64,000 nt of DNA from Candidatus Sumerlaeaceae bacterium (GCA_051003195.1 JBPCLP010000020.1:166664-230663); one strand, 5' to 3'; counted from the stretch's first letter, positions 48,055-58,234 are shown. Notes: a model not told the origin generated them from the sequence alone. Program-made: numbers and translations.

Positions 48055-48494
48055 GTATGCCGTCTCTAATTAGACGAATATTGCGGACTACTGCCGTGGT
48101 AACCGTGGTAGCCGCGGTCTGCATCGGCACGTACGACTGGCGTGCGGCGACCGCATTTGCCGCTTCCTCGGCGTGGGGAATGGCAAATCTCGTCGTCTGG
48201 TCCTATATCTGCCGCGCTATTCTGTCGCAGGCGCCCAACCGCGGTGCAAAACTACTTCAATTCGGAATCGTCAAAATTGTGGTCATCTCGGCCGGACTTC
48301 TGGTCATGCGCTTTTTCGCACCGTTGACTCGCAATGAAGTGCTGGGTATTATAGCCGGGATCACGATGGCACTTTCAATTACTGTTCTGAAGGCGCTTGG
48401 TGCGCGGCTGACGGGTCGCGACCTTGTCACCGGCCAGCCTGAAATCCAGCGCGTGGTTGAACCAGTTGCAGAAGTAGCGGGGAGCCATACTTGA
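48051..48494 (+). CDS. atpI: ATP synthase protein I
   Basis: Four TM helices; position directly before atpB with overlapping stop and start codons. Confidence 0.7.
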   Translation: MSMPSLIRRILRTTAVVTVVAAVCIGTYDWRAATAFAASSAWGMANLVVWSYICRAILSQAPNRGAKLLQFGIVKIVVISAGLLVMRFFAPLTRNEVLGIIAGITMALSITVLKALGARLTGRDLVTGQPEIQRVVEPVAEVAGSHT

Positions 48495-49540
48495 TGCAGA
48501 CTTACCTTCGAGTCCTGCTGCTCGCGATCACCTGTACTTTAGCATCCTTTACTTTTGCGCAGGAGCAAGTCGCCCCGGCAGCCCATCGTGCTGAAGCCGC
48601 TGCGACCCACGATGCCGCAGCGAAGCACGAACCGGCGGCCGCGGGCCACGGCGCGGAAAAACATGAGGAGTCCGCTGCGGCTGAGCTTCCAAACTTTATC
48701 CATATTGCACTTGCGACCACCAGTCAGGAATTCCGTCATTCGCCGCTTGGGCATTTCATTCACACGTGGACAAAGCAGATATTTCTCGTCATCAACAGCC
48801 TGATCGGCTTGTTCATACTGACGCGTGCCTCCAGGTTGCGTTCGCTTGTGCCTGGAAAATTTCAGACCACACTTGAGATGATCTACGAAGGCTTCCGTGG
48901 GTTTATTGTCGGCATTCTTGGTGAAGACAATGCCAAGTACGTGCCGTTCCTGGGTTCGGTGTTCCTGTTTATCTTCATCAATAACATCTTCGGTCTGATC
49001 CCGTTCTTTGCGGCTGGGACATCGGTTTATCCAACAACCCTCGCGTTGGCGCTGATGATCTTCGTCTATGTGCAATTCAATTCCATCCGCGAGGGCGGCT
49101 TGAAGCACTGGGCCATGCATTTCCTGGGTTCGCCGAAGGATATGGCCGGGTTAATTATCGGCATCTGCTTGCTGCCGCTTGAAATTATAGGAACGCTGGC
49201 CAAGCCGCTGTCGCTCTCACTTCGTTTGTTTGGAAATATCATGGGCGAGGATATCCTGATTGGCGTCTTCCTGCTGCTGGGTTTAACTATGGCGGGCGGA
49301 CTCTTTGGAGTGTCAGCGCCCCCAGTTGGCGTTCCGCTTCACCTGCCATTCATGTTTCTGGGCATCATGACGTGTACAGTGCAGGCGCTGGTGTTTACGC
49401 TATTGTCTACGATCTACCTGATGCTGGTGCTGCCGCATGAGCATCACGATGAAACCGAGTTGCACCACCACGACGACCGCAAGGGCCTCTATGACGATGA
49501 CGGCCAGCATCTCAGCGCGGGAGAAATTTCGCCGGTCTGA
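48494..49540 (+). CDS. atpB: F0 ATP synthase subunit a
   Basis: PGKFQ..LE, NNIFGLIP, KPLSLSLRLFGN (essential Arg), VQALVF.LLS.IY. Confidence 0.95.
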   Translation: MQTYLRVLLLAITCTLASFTFAQEQVAPAAHRAEAAATHDAAAKHEPAAAGHGAEKHEESAAAELPNFIHIALATTSQEFRHSPLGHFIHTWTKQIFLVINSLIGLFILTRASRLRSLVPGKFQTTLEMIYEGFRGFIVGILGEDNAKYVPFLGSVFLFIFINNIFGLIPFFAAGTSVYPTTLALALMIFVYVQFNSIREGGLKHWAMHFLGSPKDMAGLIIGICLLPLEIIGTLAKPLSLSLRLFGNIMGEDILIGVFLLLGLTMAGGLFGVSAPPVGVPLHLPFMFLGIMTCTVQALVFTLLSTIYLMLVLPHEHHDETELHHHDDRKGLYDDDGQHLSAGEISPV

Positions 49541-49632
49541 ATGGCCGGCACGGAGCCTGACGCTCCGACATGATTTGATTTAGAAGGTCCGGTGAGACGT
49601 ATGTCGAGTCGGACGAACATGAGGAGGAAGCA

Positions 49633-49869
49633 ATGGATGCAGTAGGAATGATCGCCCTGGGCTACCCGATTGGCGTGGGCCTCGCAGCGCTGGGTGCGGG
49701 TATCGGCCTTGGTACAGCCGTCGGATCGGGCCTGGAAGCCATGGGTCGTCAACCCGAGATGGCAGGCAAGCTGTTGATCAACATGATCATCGGCGCAGCC
49801 TTCATCGAAGCTATGGCTATCTACGCGCTTATCACGCCGTTTGTGGCGCACCTCGCTAAAGTATTCTAG
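49633..49869 (+). CDS. atpE: F0 ATP synthase subunit c
   Basis: GxGxG helix, RQPE loop, ion-binding Glu in FIEAMAIY; SD gaggagg. Confidence 0.96.
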   Translation: MDAVGMIALGYPIGVGLAALGAGIGLGTAVGSGLEAMGRQPEMAGKLLINMIIGAAFIEAMAIYALITPFVAHLAKVF

Positions 49870-50026
49870 CTGACTGGCAAGTTCGCTTCCCGGGGAGAAT
49901 TGTCTCCCCGGGGTGCAACCGCACCGGATTAGGATAGCATGCGGGTTCAAGCCGGGCGTATGTTGCGTGCAAACCGCCGGTTTGCACGCGCAAAGCCCAA
50001 GCGTTTAGTAAGCAAAAGGTTAAACT

Positions 50027-50515
50027 ATGTTAGACATGGAAATCATCGGGCAGGTCCTCACGACGCTCATCACGTTTGCGATCTTCTTCCTCATCCTGAA
50101 GAAGCTCTTCTGGGCCCCTATGCAGCAGACAGTCGATGCACGCCAGTCCAAGATTAAGGGCGAATTCGACCGCATCGAGTCGATGCAGGCCCAAGTCGAT
50201 GCTTTGCAGGCCGATTACTCAAAGCGCCTTGCCGACATCGAGGCTGAGGCTCGCCAGCATATGCAGGAAGCCATCGCGCAGGGGCGGCAGATAGCTGAGC
50301 AGATCGGGGTACAGGCTCGTAAGGATGCTGAGGCCACGCAGCAGAAAAACCAGCAGATGCTGGCAATTGAGATGGAGAAGGCCCGCGCGGAGTTAAAGCA
50401 GGAAGTGGTGAAGATGACGATTGCCGCGACCGAGAAGATCATTCGTCAGCAGATGAACGACACGCGCCAGCGCGAGCTGGTTTCCACCTTTGTCGAGGAG
50501 CTGGCCCGGAAGTGA
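50027..50515 (+). CDS. atpF: F0 ATP synthase subunit b
   Basis: N-terminal TM helix, LKKLFWAP...R..KI, coiled coil, ATEKII. Confidence 0.92.
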   Translation: MLDMEIIGQVLTTLITFAIFFLILKKLFWAPMQQTVDARQSKIKGEFDRIESMQAQVDALQADYSKRLADIEAEARQHMQEAIAQGRQIAEQIGVQARKDAEATQQKNQQMLAIEMEKARAELKQEVVKMTIAATEKIIRQQMNDTRQRELVSTFVEELARK

Positions 50516-51069
50516 TCCTTTTCGATCCGACTGTCGCCGAGCGTTATGCACACGCGCTGTTCAACGTGGCAAAACGTCAGGGTGCGCATCAGCAGATGTT
50601 GCCCGATGCAGAAGAGCTGCTGAAGCTTTTCGCCGCGAAAAGCAGTCTGCGATCTTTCCTGGAAGGACCCCAGATTCCGACGGAGAATAAGGAACAACTG
50701 CTGGAGAAGATTTTCAAGGGCAAGATTCACGACATGGCGTACCACATTCTGACGCTGCTCCTGAAAAAGGGCCGCATCGAATACGTCGAGCCAATACTCG
50801 AACAATTCAGGACACTTGTGGAGCGGGACCAGGGCATTTATGAGGCCCGCGTTTCTACGGCTCATTCACTGGATGAAGCAACAAAGAAGCAGCTGCAGAC
50901 TGCGCTCGAAACGTACACAAAGCATCGCCTGAAGATTAGTTTCTGCGTTGAACCAGCGCTGATCGGTGGTGTCCGGGTGACGTATGGCGACACCCTTATT
51001 GACGACTCTGTCAGGGGTAAACTGGGCAAGCTGCGCCAGACGCTTGAAGTGGCAGCGAGCGAACGATGA
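50512..51069 (+). CDS. atpH: F1 ATP synthase subunit delta
   Basis: VAERYAHALF, LL.KGR, PALIGG...GD..IDDSVRGKL. Confidence 0.93.
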   Translation: MILFDPTVAERYAHALFNVAKRQGAHQQMLPDAEELLKLFAAKSSLRSFLEGPQIPTENKEQLLEKIFKGKIHDMAYHILTLLLKKGRIEYVEPILEQFRTLVERDQGIYEARVSTAHSLDEATKKQLQTALETYTKHRLKISFCVEPALIGGVRVTYGDTLIDDSVRGKLGKLRQTLEVAASER

Positions 51070-51566
51070 GCGGATTCGCGATGACTCCGGAAGCATTTGC
51101 CAATCACTATACGCAGAACGCCCTGCGCACGATTCGCCTCGTCAGGCAGTTTGAGGATAAAGACTTCGACCTTCGCCCCGGGCCGGGCAGCATGTCCACG
51201 GCGGAGCAGATTAATCACATTTGTGCGAGCGGCAATTTCATCAGGGGCCTGCTGGCTGAAGCTGAGGTAAAGAACGAATGGTTCGGACGCACCTACGAAG
51301 TGAACAGTGTGGACGCGGCTGTACGATCGCTGTTTCTCGCCATGGACGAAGTGAAAGCGGTCGCCAATAACGTTCCGCCTGAGCGCTGGACTGAAGAGGT
51401 GGCACCATGGGGACCAGATTTTAAGTTTACGCGTGGCCAGCTTGCGCTCCTGATGGTTGAGCATGAGATCCATCACAATGGACAGCTTCACGTGTATGCG
51501 CGCATGGCCGGCAAGATTCCGGTCATGCTGTATCACCCCGTAGACGAAGTTGCACTACGGCAGTAA
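51066..51566 (+). CDS. DinB/YfiT family protein
   Basis: DFDLRP..GSMS..EQINHI and HEIHHNGQL.VY.R His triad; ATGA overlap with atpH. Confidence 0.88.
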   Translation: MSGFAMTPEAFANHYTQNALRTIRLVRQFEDKDFDLRPGPGSMSTAEQINHICASGNFIRGLLAEAEVKNEWFGRTYEVNSVDAAVRSLFLAMDEVKAVANNVPPERWTEEVAPWGPDFKFTRGQLALLMVEHEIHHNGQLHVYARMAGKIPVMLYHPVDEVALRQ

Positions 51567-51700
51567 AAAAAGTTTTCGCGGACTACTAGTGTGCCGAATC
51601 ATAGTTCATTACCAGACCAAAGGGCAAACTTACCCTCGATTCGGCACACAGAACTGATTACGAATTAACGGTAGAGCACACTAGAGAAGGATATTTGAGA

Positions 51701-53272
51701 ATGGCAATACGGGCAGAAGAGATCACGAACATAATCGAGCGCGAGCTTACAGGTTTTAAAGATTCGCTCGACGTTGAGAAGGTTGGAACGATTCTGCGCG
51801 TTGGTGACAGTATTGCCACCGTTTACGGACTGAACGAAGCCATGGCCGGCGAGCTGCTGGAGTTTCCAGGCGGCACGATGGGTATGGTGCTCAACCTCGA
51901 GGAGTCGAGCGTCGGCGTCGCGCTGTTCGGCAGCGACCGCGACATCAAGGAAGGCGACACGGTACGCCGCACGGGTCGCATCATGAGCGTGCCGGTCGGG
52001 CCCGAGTTGGTTGGCCGCGTCGTGAACGCGCTTGGCCAGCCCATCGATGGAAAAGGGCCAATTACGTCCACCGAATTCCGTCCCATTGAAAGCCCTGCTC
52101 CGAACGTTATCGCCCGCCAGTCGGTGAAACAGCCGCTGATGACCGGCATCAAGGCCATCGACGCGATGATTCCAATTGGACGCGGGCAGCGCGAGCTGAT
52201 CATCGGCGATCGCCAGATCGGCAAGACCGCAATCGCGATCGACACCATTATTAACCAGAAGGGCAACGGCGTCATCTGCGTCTACGTGGCCATCGGGCAG
52301 AAGGCCTCCACGGTTGCGGGCATCCACGAAATTCTTACGAGCCATGGCGCGATGGATTATACCATCATCGTAAGCGCGACCGCAGACGAAGCTGCCGCGC
52401 TGCAATATATTTCGCCTTATACGGGCTGCGCGATGGCTGAGTACTTCATGTACAATGGCGGTCATGCGCTGTGCATCTATGACGATCTTTCCAAACAGGC
52501 CGCCGCATACCGCACCCTGTCGCTGCTGCTGCGACGCCCCCCCGGGCGCGAAGCTTATCCCGGTGACGTGTTCTACCTGCACAGCCGGCTGCTGGAGCGT
52601 GCCGCAAAGCTGAACGAGGATCCGGAGATCATTAAGGCAAGCGCGCCGAATGCAAACAAACCCGGTGGCTCGCTCACCGCGTTGCCTTTCATCGAAACGC
52701 AGGCTGGCGACGTTTCCGCTTACATCCCGACAAACGTCATTTCGATCACGGACGGGCAGATATTCCTCGAGCCGGACCTGTTTTACTCAGGCGTCAAGCC
52801 TGCTGTGAACGTCGGTCTTTCAGTCAGCCGCGTGGGCGGCAGCGCACAAACTAAGGCCATGAAGAAAGTGGCCGGTCAGCTTCGTCTCGCATTGGCGCAG
52901 TACCGCGAATTAGCAGCCTTTTCGCAGTTCGGTTCCGATCTCGATGCAGCGACAAAGGCTCAGCTCACCCGCGGTGAGCGCCTGGTTGAGGTGCTCAAGC
53001 AGGACCAGTACACACCGTATCCGCTGTGGAAGCAGGTCAGCATTATTTTTGCGGCTACTCAGGGTTTGCTCGACGATATGGATGTTAACCTGATTCGAGG
53101 CTTCGAGGCCGGTCTTTTCCCGTTCCTTGAGAAAAGCTACGCCGACATCCCGCATAAGATCGAAGAGACGAAAGATCTCAGCGACGAGTTGCAGGGCACG
53201 CTCAAGAAGGCTATAGTCGAATACAAGGGTCAGTATCTAAAACAGAACACCGGAGCCGCCGCAGCAGTCTAA
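51701..53272 (+). CDS. atpA: F1 ATP synthase subunit alpha
   Basis: [49 protein letters not shown]. Confidence 0.98.
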   Translation: MAIRAEEITNIIERELTGFKDSLDVEKVGTILRVGDSIATVYGLNEAMAGELLEFPGGTMGMVLNLEESSVGVALFGSDRDIKEGDTVRRTGRIMSVPVGPELVGRVVNALGQPIDGKGPITSTEFRPIESPAPNVIARQSVKQPLMTGIKAIDAMIPIGRGQRELIIGDRQIGKTAIAIDTIINQKGNGVICVYVAIGQKASTVAGIHEILTSHGAMDYTIIVSATADEAAALQYISPYTGCAMAEYFMYNGGHALCIYDDLSKQAAAYRTLSLLLRRPPGREAYPGDVFYLHSRLLERAAKLNEDPEIIKASAPNANKPGGSLTALPFIETQAGDVSAYIPTNVISITDGQIFLEPDLFYSGVKPAVNVGLSVSRVGGSAQTKAMKKVAGQLRLALAQYRELAAFSQFGSDLDAATKAQLTRGERLVEVLKQDQYTPYPLWKQVSIIFAATQGLLDDMDVNLIRGFEAGLFPFLEKSYADIPHKIEETKDLSDELQGTLKKAIVEYKGQYLKQNTGAAAAV

Positions 53273-53281
53273 GTGGCATTT

Positions 53282-53317
53282 TGTCGCGCTGCTTGAATTG
53301 TTTCAGGCAGGGCGACA
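53282..53317. terminator. Long hairpin after atpA (probable terminator or 3' stabiliser)
   Basis: TGTCGCGCTGCTTGAA/TTCAGGCAGGGCGACA, a 16-position stem with one mismatch; poor U-tract. Confidence 0.5.
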
Positions 53318-53416
53318 GGTTATCTCGGTGCGTCATTTCTGCGGTGCGGCGTAACCCATCACTTTTCCGCTGGCGCACGGTTGTGCTTTGATAATGGCGC
53401 AAGGTAGTAATAGCTA

Positions 53417-53860
53417 GTGACTGACAACTCGAACGACAAGCATGACTCGAATATGGGACCGGTGCTTGAGGAGCATTCAGAATCTCACGCCCGAACCAGA
53501 GCGCGGGGACAACCGATTATCTGGGTGTTCGTGCTTGGGTTGATCAGCTGCGGTATTGCATACGACCTGCGTCCCTACTGGGCAAAGGAGCTTCGCCACG
53601 CACAGACTCAGAAACTGCTGCCCATTGGCACTTCCGCCTCGGATACGACCACGCGGCTGGTGGATGGCGGATATCGTGTGCCTGTTACGCTTAGTTCAGT
53701 TACTACCGGAACGAATACACTTGTGCGGCAGTACAGGCAAACATCCGTGATTGGATTTCTTGGCAGTTGCATGGGAATGTGGCCGATTTTCCGGCCAGGG
53801 TATGAAGATATCTGGTTCGATAGCAGCGGTCATGTTGTTCGGATCATCTTCTGCGATTGA
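53417..53860 (+). CDS. Hypothetical membrane-anchored protein
   Basis: 147-aa ORF filling the gap after atpA, with one TM helix and a preceding aaggtag SD-like sequence. Confidence 0.5.
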   Translation: MTDNSNDKHDSNMGPVLEEHSESHARTRARGQPIIWVFVLGLISCGIAYDLRPYWAKELRHAQTQKLLPIGTSASDTTTRLVDGGYRVPVTLSSVTTGTNTLVRQYRQTSVIGFLGSCMGMWPIFRPGYEDIWFDSSGHVVRIIFCD

Positions 53861-53914
53861 GACGGGTGCAGGTAATTTTGCCCCTTCGACCGATTCGAAA
53901 CGCAGGTGACGAGG

Positions 53915-55324
53915 CTACAGTGTCTCCTGGTTACTAGCGTTTGTACGCGGGCCCCAGTTCCAGGTGAGGGCAAGAAGCACCAGTGCCACAATGGTGCACC
54001 CCAGGATGGCGTAGAAAACCATCTGCCAGGCCGTCGCCGCGTCGGCAGTTTTCTTGTAGTGATCCAGCATGCCGCCAATCCCGGACGCCTGCGTCATGCG
54101 GCCCAGGTAGCCGAACAAACCGATGAATCCGGCGGCAGTTCCAATAGCTTTTTTTGAGGTCAGATCCAGCGCCATGATTACGATCAAGTTGATGACCGGG
54201 TATATGAAAAAGCTGATTACGATGAGCATCGCGTAGTCAAACCACAGGTGCGCCTTTGCCGACCAGTGGGCAGTGGTCGGGCTGCTCGTCACATACATCA
54301 TGGCGCTGAATGCCAATATGATGGGAATCATGGAAAGGGTTGCGATGAGGCCTCGTCGGCCGCCAATCCGGTCACTTACCCAGCCGAGGAATATTGTCGT
54401 TGGTATGCCTCCAAACTCGGAGAACAGGATGGCCAGCCCGCCGCCTTTCACGTCCGTGCCTTTGATTTCGCGCAGATATTTCGGGCTCCAATCCAGCATG
54501 CTATAGCGGCTGATATACGCGAAGAAGTTGGCGATGGCCAGAATCCATACGTATTTGTTCAACAGCACGTATTTGACAAACAGCTCGCGAAAGGTCAGCT
54601 CGCGTTCAAAGTGAGCCTGTTCTGACGGCGGTAGTACGTAATCGTTTTTGTATTCCTCAATTGAAGGCAGCCCGATCGACTGGGGCGTGTCCATCAGACG
54701 AGTGTAAAGATATATGGATCCCATAAGCGCAAGTGCGGCCGGGAAATAAAACGCGTACTCCCAGCCGCCAGTGTGATATACCGCCCAGCCGGCCAGCATG
54801 CCTGCAATTCCGCCGCCCAGATTGTGTGACGTGTTCCAGATGCTAAACGTCAGGCCGCGTTCGCGTTCGCTGAACCAGTGCCCCATGCATCGTCCACAGG
54901 GCGGCCAGCCCATCCCCTGGAAAAAGCCATTCACCGACCAGAGAAAGAGATGCATGCCATAAGTGTGTACCGAACCAAAGGCGATGTTGCACAGGGCGGA
55001 GACGAGCAATCCTGTGGCCATGAACACACGCGCGTTGCTGCGGTCCGACATTGCACCCATCAGAAATTTGCCGAGGCCGTAGCTGAGCGCGGTAACTGCC
55101 ATAATATTGCCCAGCATACCATCGGTGTAGTGCAGAGCCTTTTCGAGATCCTTCGTAACGGGCGACAGGTTGTTGCGCACAAGGTAGAACATCGCGTACC
55201 CGAAGAACGTGGCCTCCAGGATGCGCAGACGATTACGCGGATACAGCCGTTGAACCTCGGCTTCTGGCAACCGCGGCAAATGCGGCGCAGGCGCAAACGT
55301 CCGCCTGATTGCACTGATCATCAA
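53915..55324 (-). CDS. glpT: GlpT/PgtP-like organophosphate:Pi antiporter (MFS)
   Basis: GYAMFYLVRNN, YGLGKF, SDRSN, FQGMGWPPC, ERG...WNTSHNLGG, GTAAGFIGLFGY. Confidence 0.88.
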   Translation of the reverse strand: MMISAIRRTFAPAPHLPRLPEAEVQRLYPRNRLRILEATFFGYAMFYLVRNNLSPVTKDLEKALHYTDGMLGNIMAVTALSYGLGKFLMGAMSDRSNARVFMATGLLVSALCNIAFGSVHTYGMHLFLWSVNGFFQGMGWPPCGRCMGHWFSERERGLTFSIWNTSHNLGGGIAGMLAGWAVYHTGGWEYAFYFPAALALMGSIYLYTRLMDTPQSIGLPSIEEYKNDYVLPPSEQAHFERELTFRELFVKYVLLNKYVWILAIANFFAYISRYSMLDWSPKYLREIKGTDVKGGGLAILFSEFGGIPTTIFLGWVSDRIGGRRGLIATLSMIPIILAFSAMMYVTSSPTTAHWSAKAHLWFDYAMLIVISFFIYPVINLIVIMALDLTSKKAIGTAAGFIGLFGYLGRMTQASGIGGMLDHYKKTADAATAWQMVFYAILGCTIVALVLLALTWNWGPRTNASNQETL

Positions 55325-56175
55325 TGCGACTCCTTTGCAGCTACTGTGCGAGGCTGGTTCGGCTGCGCCGAACGCGCCTGTGCAAGCATTTCGCCAAACT
55401 CGCGAAGACTTGGCACAACCAAGTCGGGCTGCACATCAGCTTTGCGAGCGTCCTCAACTGTTGCTTCGCCCGTGAGAACAAGCACACCAAAGGTGCCGCT
55501 GTGAACTGACATAGTCACATCCGTATAAATCCGGTCGCCCGCCATCGCGAGCTCGTGCGCCTGCAGCCCGTGTCTCCGCATAATTCCACTGAGCATCCGA
55601 TGATCAGGCTTTCCAAGTACGGCTGTCGGCTTGTGGCCCGTGGCGCTCTCGATGCACGCACACACCGCACCGCAATCTACCAAAACCGTCGGCAGGTCGG
55701 TTGGACATATCAGGTCCGGGTGCGTCGCCACATACGGGACGCCGCGCGAAATCCACCAGCACGCTTTGCACAATTGCGCGTACGGCAGGCTGGTGTGAAA
55801 ACCTACAATGACAAGCTCCGGCTCCAGATCGTCAGGCAGCACCGTGTACCCGTTCGATGTGAAATGCGCCACCAGGCTGTCAGTCCCCAGGACGAACAGC
55901 CTCTGGTGCTGCGGAAAAGTTTCACGCAGGTAAAGAATTGTCGAATCCGTTGATGTGAAAATATCCTGTGATGATGCGGGCACGCCCAGCTGCCTCAGGT
56001 GCTTCACGTAGTCCTCAACGCTTTTGGAGGAATTGTTCGTAAGAAACGTATGCCCAATCCCGAGCTGTTTCAGCAGCGAAAGAAACGGCACTGTAAAATC
56101 AAACAGCGTGCCGCCTTTGTAGATCGTGCCATCCATGTCCAGCGCCACATGCCGAATTGCTGCGACACTTTTCAT
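55321..56175 (-). CDS. HAD-IIA (NagD-like) phosphatase
   Basis: DMDGT, LTNNS, GKP, GDRIYTD, VLTGE. Start placed at ATG 56175. Confidence 0.92.
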   Translation of the reverse strand: MKSVAAIRHVALDMDGTIYKGGTLFDFTVPFLSLLKQLGIGHTFLTNNSSKSVEDYVKHLRQLGVPASSQDIFTSTDSTILYLRETFPQHQRLFVLGTDSLVAHFTSNGYTVLPDDLEPELVIVGFHTSLPYAQLCKACWWISRGVPYVATHPDLICPTDLPTVLVDCGAVCACIESATGHKPTAVLGKPDHRMLSGIMRRHGLQAHELAMAGDRIYTDVTMSVHSGTFGVLVLTGEATVEDARKADVQPDLVVPSLREFGEMLAQARSAQPNQPRTVAAKESH

Positions 56176-56653
56176 AATTCGACGCCACCCGGAAGCGCGC
56201 GTTGATGTGAATTGATAAACAAGGCAATGCGCGTGTCGCATTCGAAACCAGAATACAACCGGATTTCTACGCGGCGCACGTGTTCGACCAGCAATCTTCA
56301 ATTGCTCCATCTCAATTGTCAGTTGGTGCCTTGCTAATAATGCGACGTCTTCGAGTTCTGGTTCTCGTTCAAATTCCCAATCGCCGTTTCCGTGGTGACG
56401 AGTTCCTGGTTCCACTGAAACTCACTCGTGGCCGCGACGCGATTCGGCTGAAAGTGCAGTGCCGGCCGATGATCCATCCGCTGCTTCCCGGTTAGCCCGT
56501 AGCACCTGCATGTTGGAGCGAGATTGCCTATACCGCTAATTGTTTCGTTCCGAATCCTGGGGCAGATTAAATCGAGTTGGGCGCACCGCTTTTCGTCCCC
56601 CGCTGAGGATCATGTTTCGAGATCACATAAGAGTAAGCCGTAGTCCTTCGGGC

Positions 56654-58234
56654 TCAGATCACCCGCTGATACTGCTCCCGCTCGAGACGCCACACCGGCA
56701 CACCGCAATATCGGTCGCCTTCGGGGCAGATCGGTTTCTGCGCCGCGTGCTTTCGCAGACCGCACGGTGGCAACAGCCATTTGCCAATCTGTGGATGCAC
56801 TGCAGTAATTGCCTGTGCCTCATCCAGGCTCGCCCGCCAGATTTCCTCCTGCGCGTTGTAACACAGGCGCATCGCCATTTTGTGGTGCAGGTTGAGCAGG
56901 TCACCACTTTCGGTGAAGCGCACCTTCACGGCGTTTGGCAAAAGATAGCTGACGTTCTCCGGCGTGACACCTGCTGCCAGCAGGTCGTTGATCGTCGACC
57001 AGGTCTGCTCCATCGAGTCAGTGTAACGCGCCTGCACTGCGGCGTCTTTGCGTATGATCTCGGGTGTGACGAAATCGGGCTCGCCCGTAAAGTGACGCAT
57101 CAGCACCGGGCGGCTGCCTGGAGTCATTCGATGGCGCTGATCCTGGCTGTCCGCGGCATGGCTCAGAACTTTGCGGAATACATAGTGTGCATGAAACATC
57201 GTGCGCGAAAGCTTGCTCAGCGTAGTCAGGTTCATGCTTTCGCCGAGTAGAGCATTGCGAGACGGATCCAGCACCAGTTCCAGCGCGGCGGCATCCGGAA
57301 GATCAGCCTGTTTAAGTCCCAGCACCTCGCGGACTGCACAAGCGATTACCGTTTCGCTGCGTGCGCCATAATCGATCAGTACACTGGTCGCGCCATTAAG
57401 CGAGCTGTCGAATTCCGCCACAACGTCGCGAGCATTGTCGATGTCCACTTCTGCCAGACCAGCTTGCTGAAAAAACGCGTATTCGGGCGTGGCTTCGAGG
57501 TCGAGCGGCTCCTGCAGCAGCACCCCGAACTCCGGCTCCCTGGCGAGCAGCTCATCCACCATGGTCTTAATCACGTCGCGCTGCTCAGCCGGTGTGTCGT
57601 ATTGTTGCGACAAGCGGTAGTAGCGCATCAACGTGATCACACTCACGGTGTGATAAAGATACGCATGGGTCGCGACCGGTAAAACATACCGCGCTGCCTC
57701 CTGCGCACGTTTTTTAATATCCGTTTCCGCGCGTTTGGTACCGTAGCGCCCTTTGAATCGAGCGAAGTATTCCTCCGCCACGACTGGCTTCAGCATTTCG
57801 GACAAGTGTTGGTAGGCCGCCATCTGCGCGCGAACGCACTTCAGGTACTTTTCAAGGTCCCCACCACCCAGATCGTGGGGGATGTAAAAGTTTTCCTCTT
57901 TTACAGCCACGTACCGCTGGCTGACTTGCTCGCTGTTGTAGAATGGATGCGCGTGCAGAAAGCTCCAGATGAAGTGGCGGGAAATCTTGTCCAGTGCAAA
58001 TTGGACGTGCGCATGCTGCAAAGTGGTGTGGTGACCGGCTTTGAACAGCGACTGCGCGAGCGCATGCTTACGCTGTCGGCGCAGCTCGAGTTCGCTGGGC
58101 CCGGCATCCAGCGGACCCGCCACATCCGCTGCGCTAACCAGTCCCTTGGACGAGTAACAGGTTCGCGCCGTTGCGACGAAGTTATCATATGCCTGGTTAA
58201 AGACGTTAACGAGCTGAACGGTTGCCTCAGTCAA
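56654..58234 (-). CDS. thyX: Tandem-duplicated FAD-dependent thymidylate synthase
   Basis: ARTCYS, GHHTTLQH, SQRY and ARYVLP in domain 1; QRHR, LLPNA and RLC..AQEEI in domain 2. Confidence 0.88.
   Translation of the reverse strand: MTEATVQLVNVFNQAYDNFVATARTCYSSKGLVSAADVAGPLDAGPSELELRRQRKHALAQSLFKAGHHTTLQHAHVQFALDKISRHFIWSFLHAHPFYNSEQVSQRYVAVKEENFYIPHDLGGGDLEKYLKCVRAQMAAYQHLSEMLKPVVAEEYFARFKGRYGTKRAETDIKKRAQEAARYVLPVATHAYLYHTVSVITLMRYYRLSQQYDTPAEQRDVIKTMVDELLAREPEFGVLLQEPLDLEATPEYAFFQQAGLAEVDIDNARDVVAEFDSSLNGATSVLIDYGARSETVIACAVREVLGLKQADLPDAAALELVLDPSRNALLGESMNLTTLSKLSRTMFHAHYVFRKVLSHAADSQDQRHRMTPGSRPVLMRHFTGEPDFVTPEIIRKDAAVQARYTDSMEQTWSTINDLLAAGVTPENVSYLLPNAVKVRFTESGDLLNLHHKMAMRLCYNAQEEIWRASLDEAQAITAVHPQIGKWLLPPCGLRKHAAQKPICPEGDRYCGVPVWRLEREQYQRVI

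Noticed and set aside
47791..53272. Na+-translocating N-ATPase operon
   Set aside because: A separate delta subunit is present, the order is not atpDCQRBEFAG, and subunit c lacks the Q...ES/T Na+ ligands (has L and EAM).
56176..56415. 80-aa N-terminal extension of the HAD phosphatase
   Set aside because: The HAD motif I begins just after Met 56175, and the extension resembles nothing I recognise.
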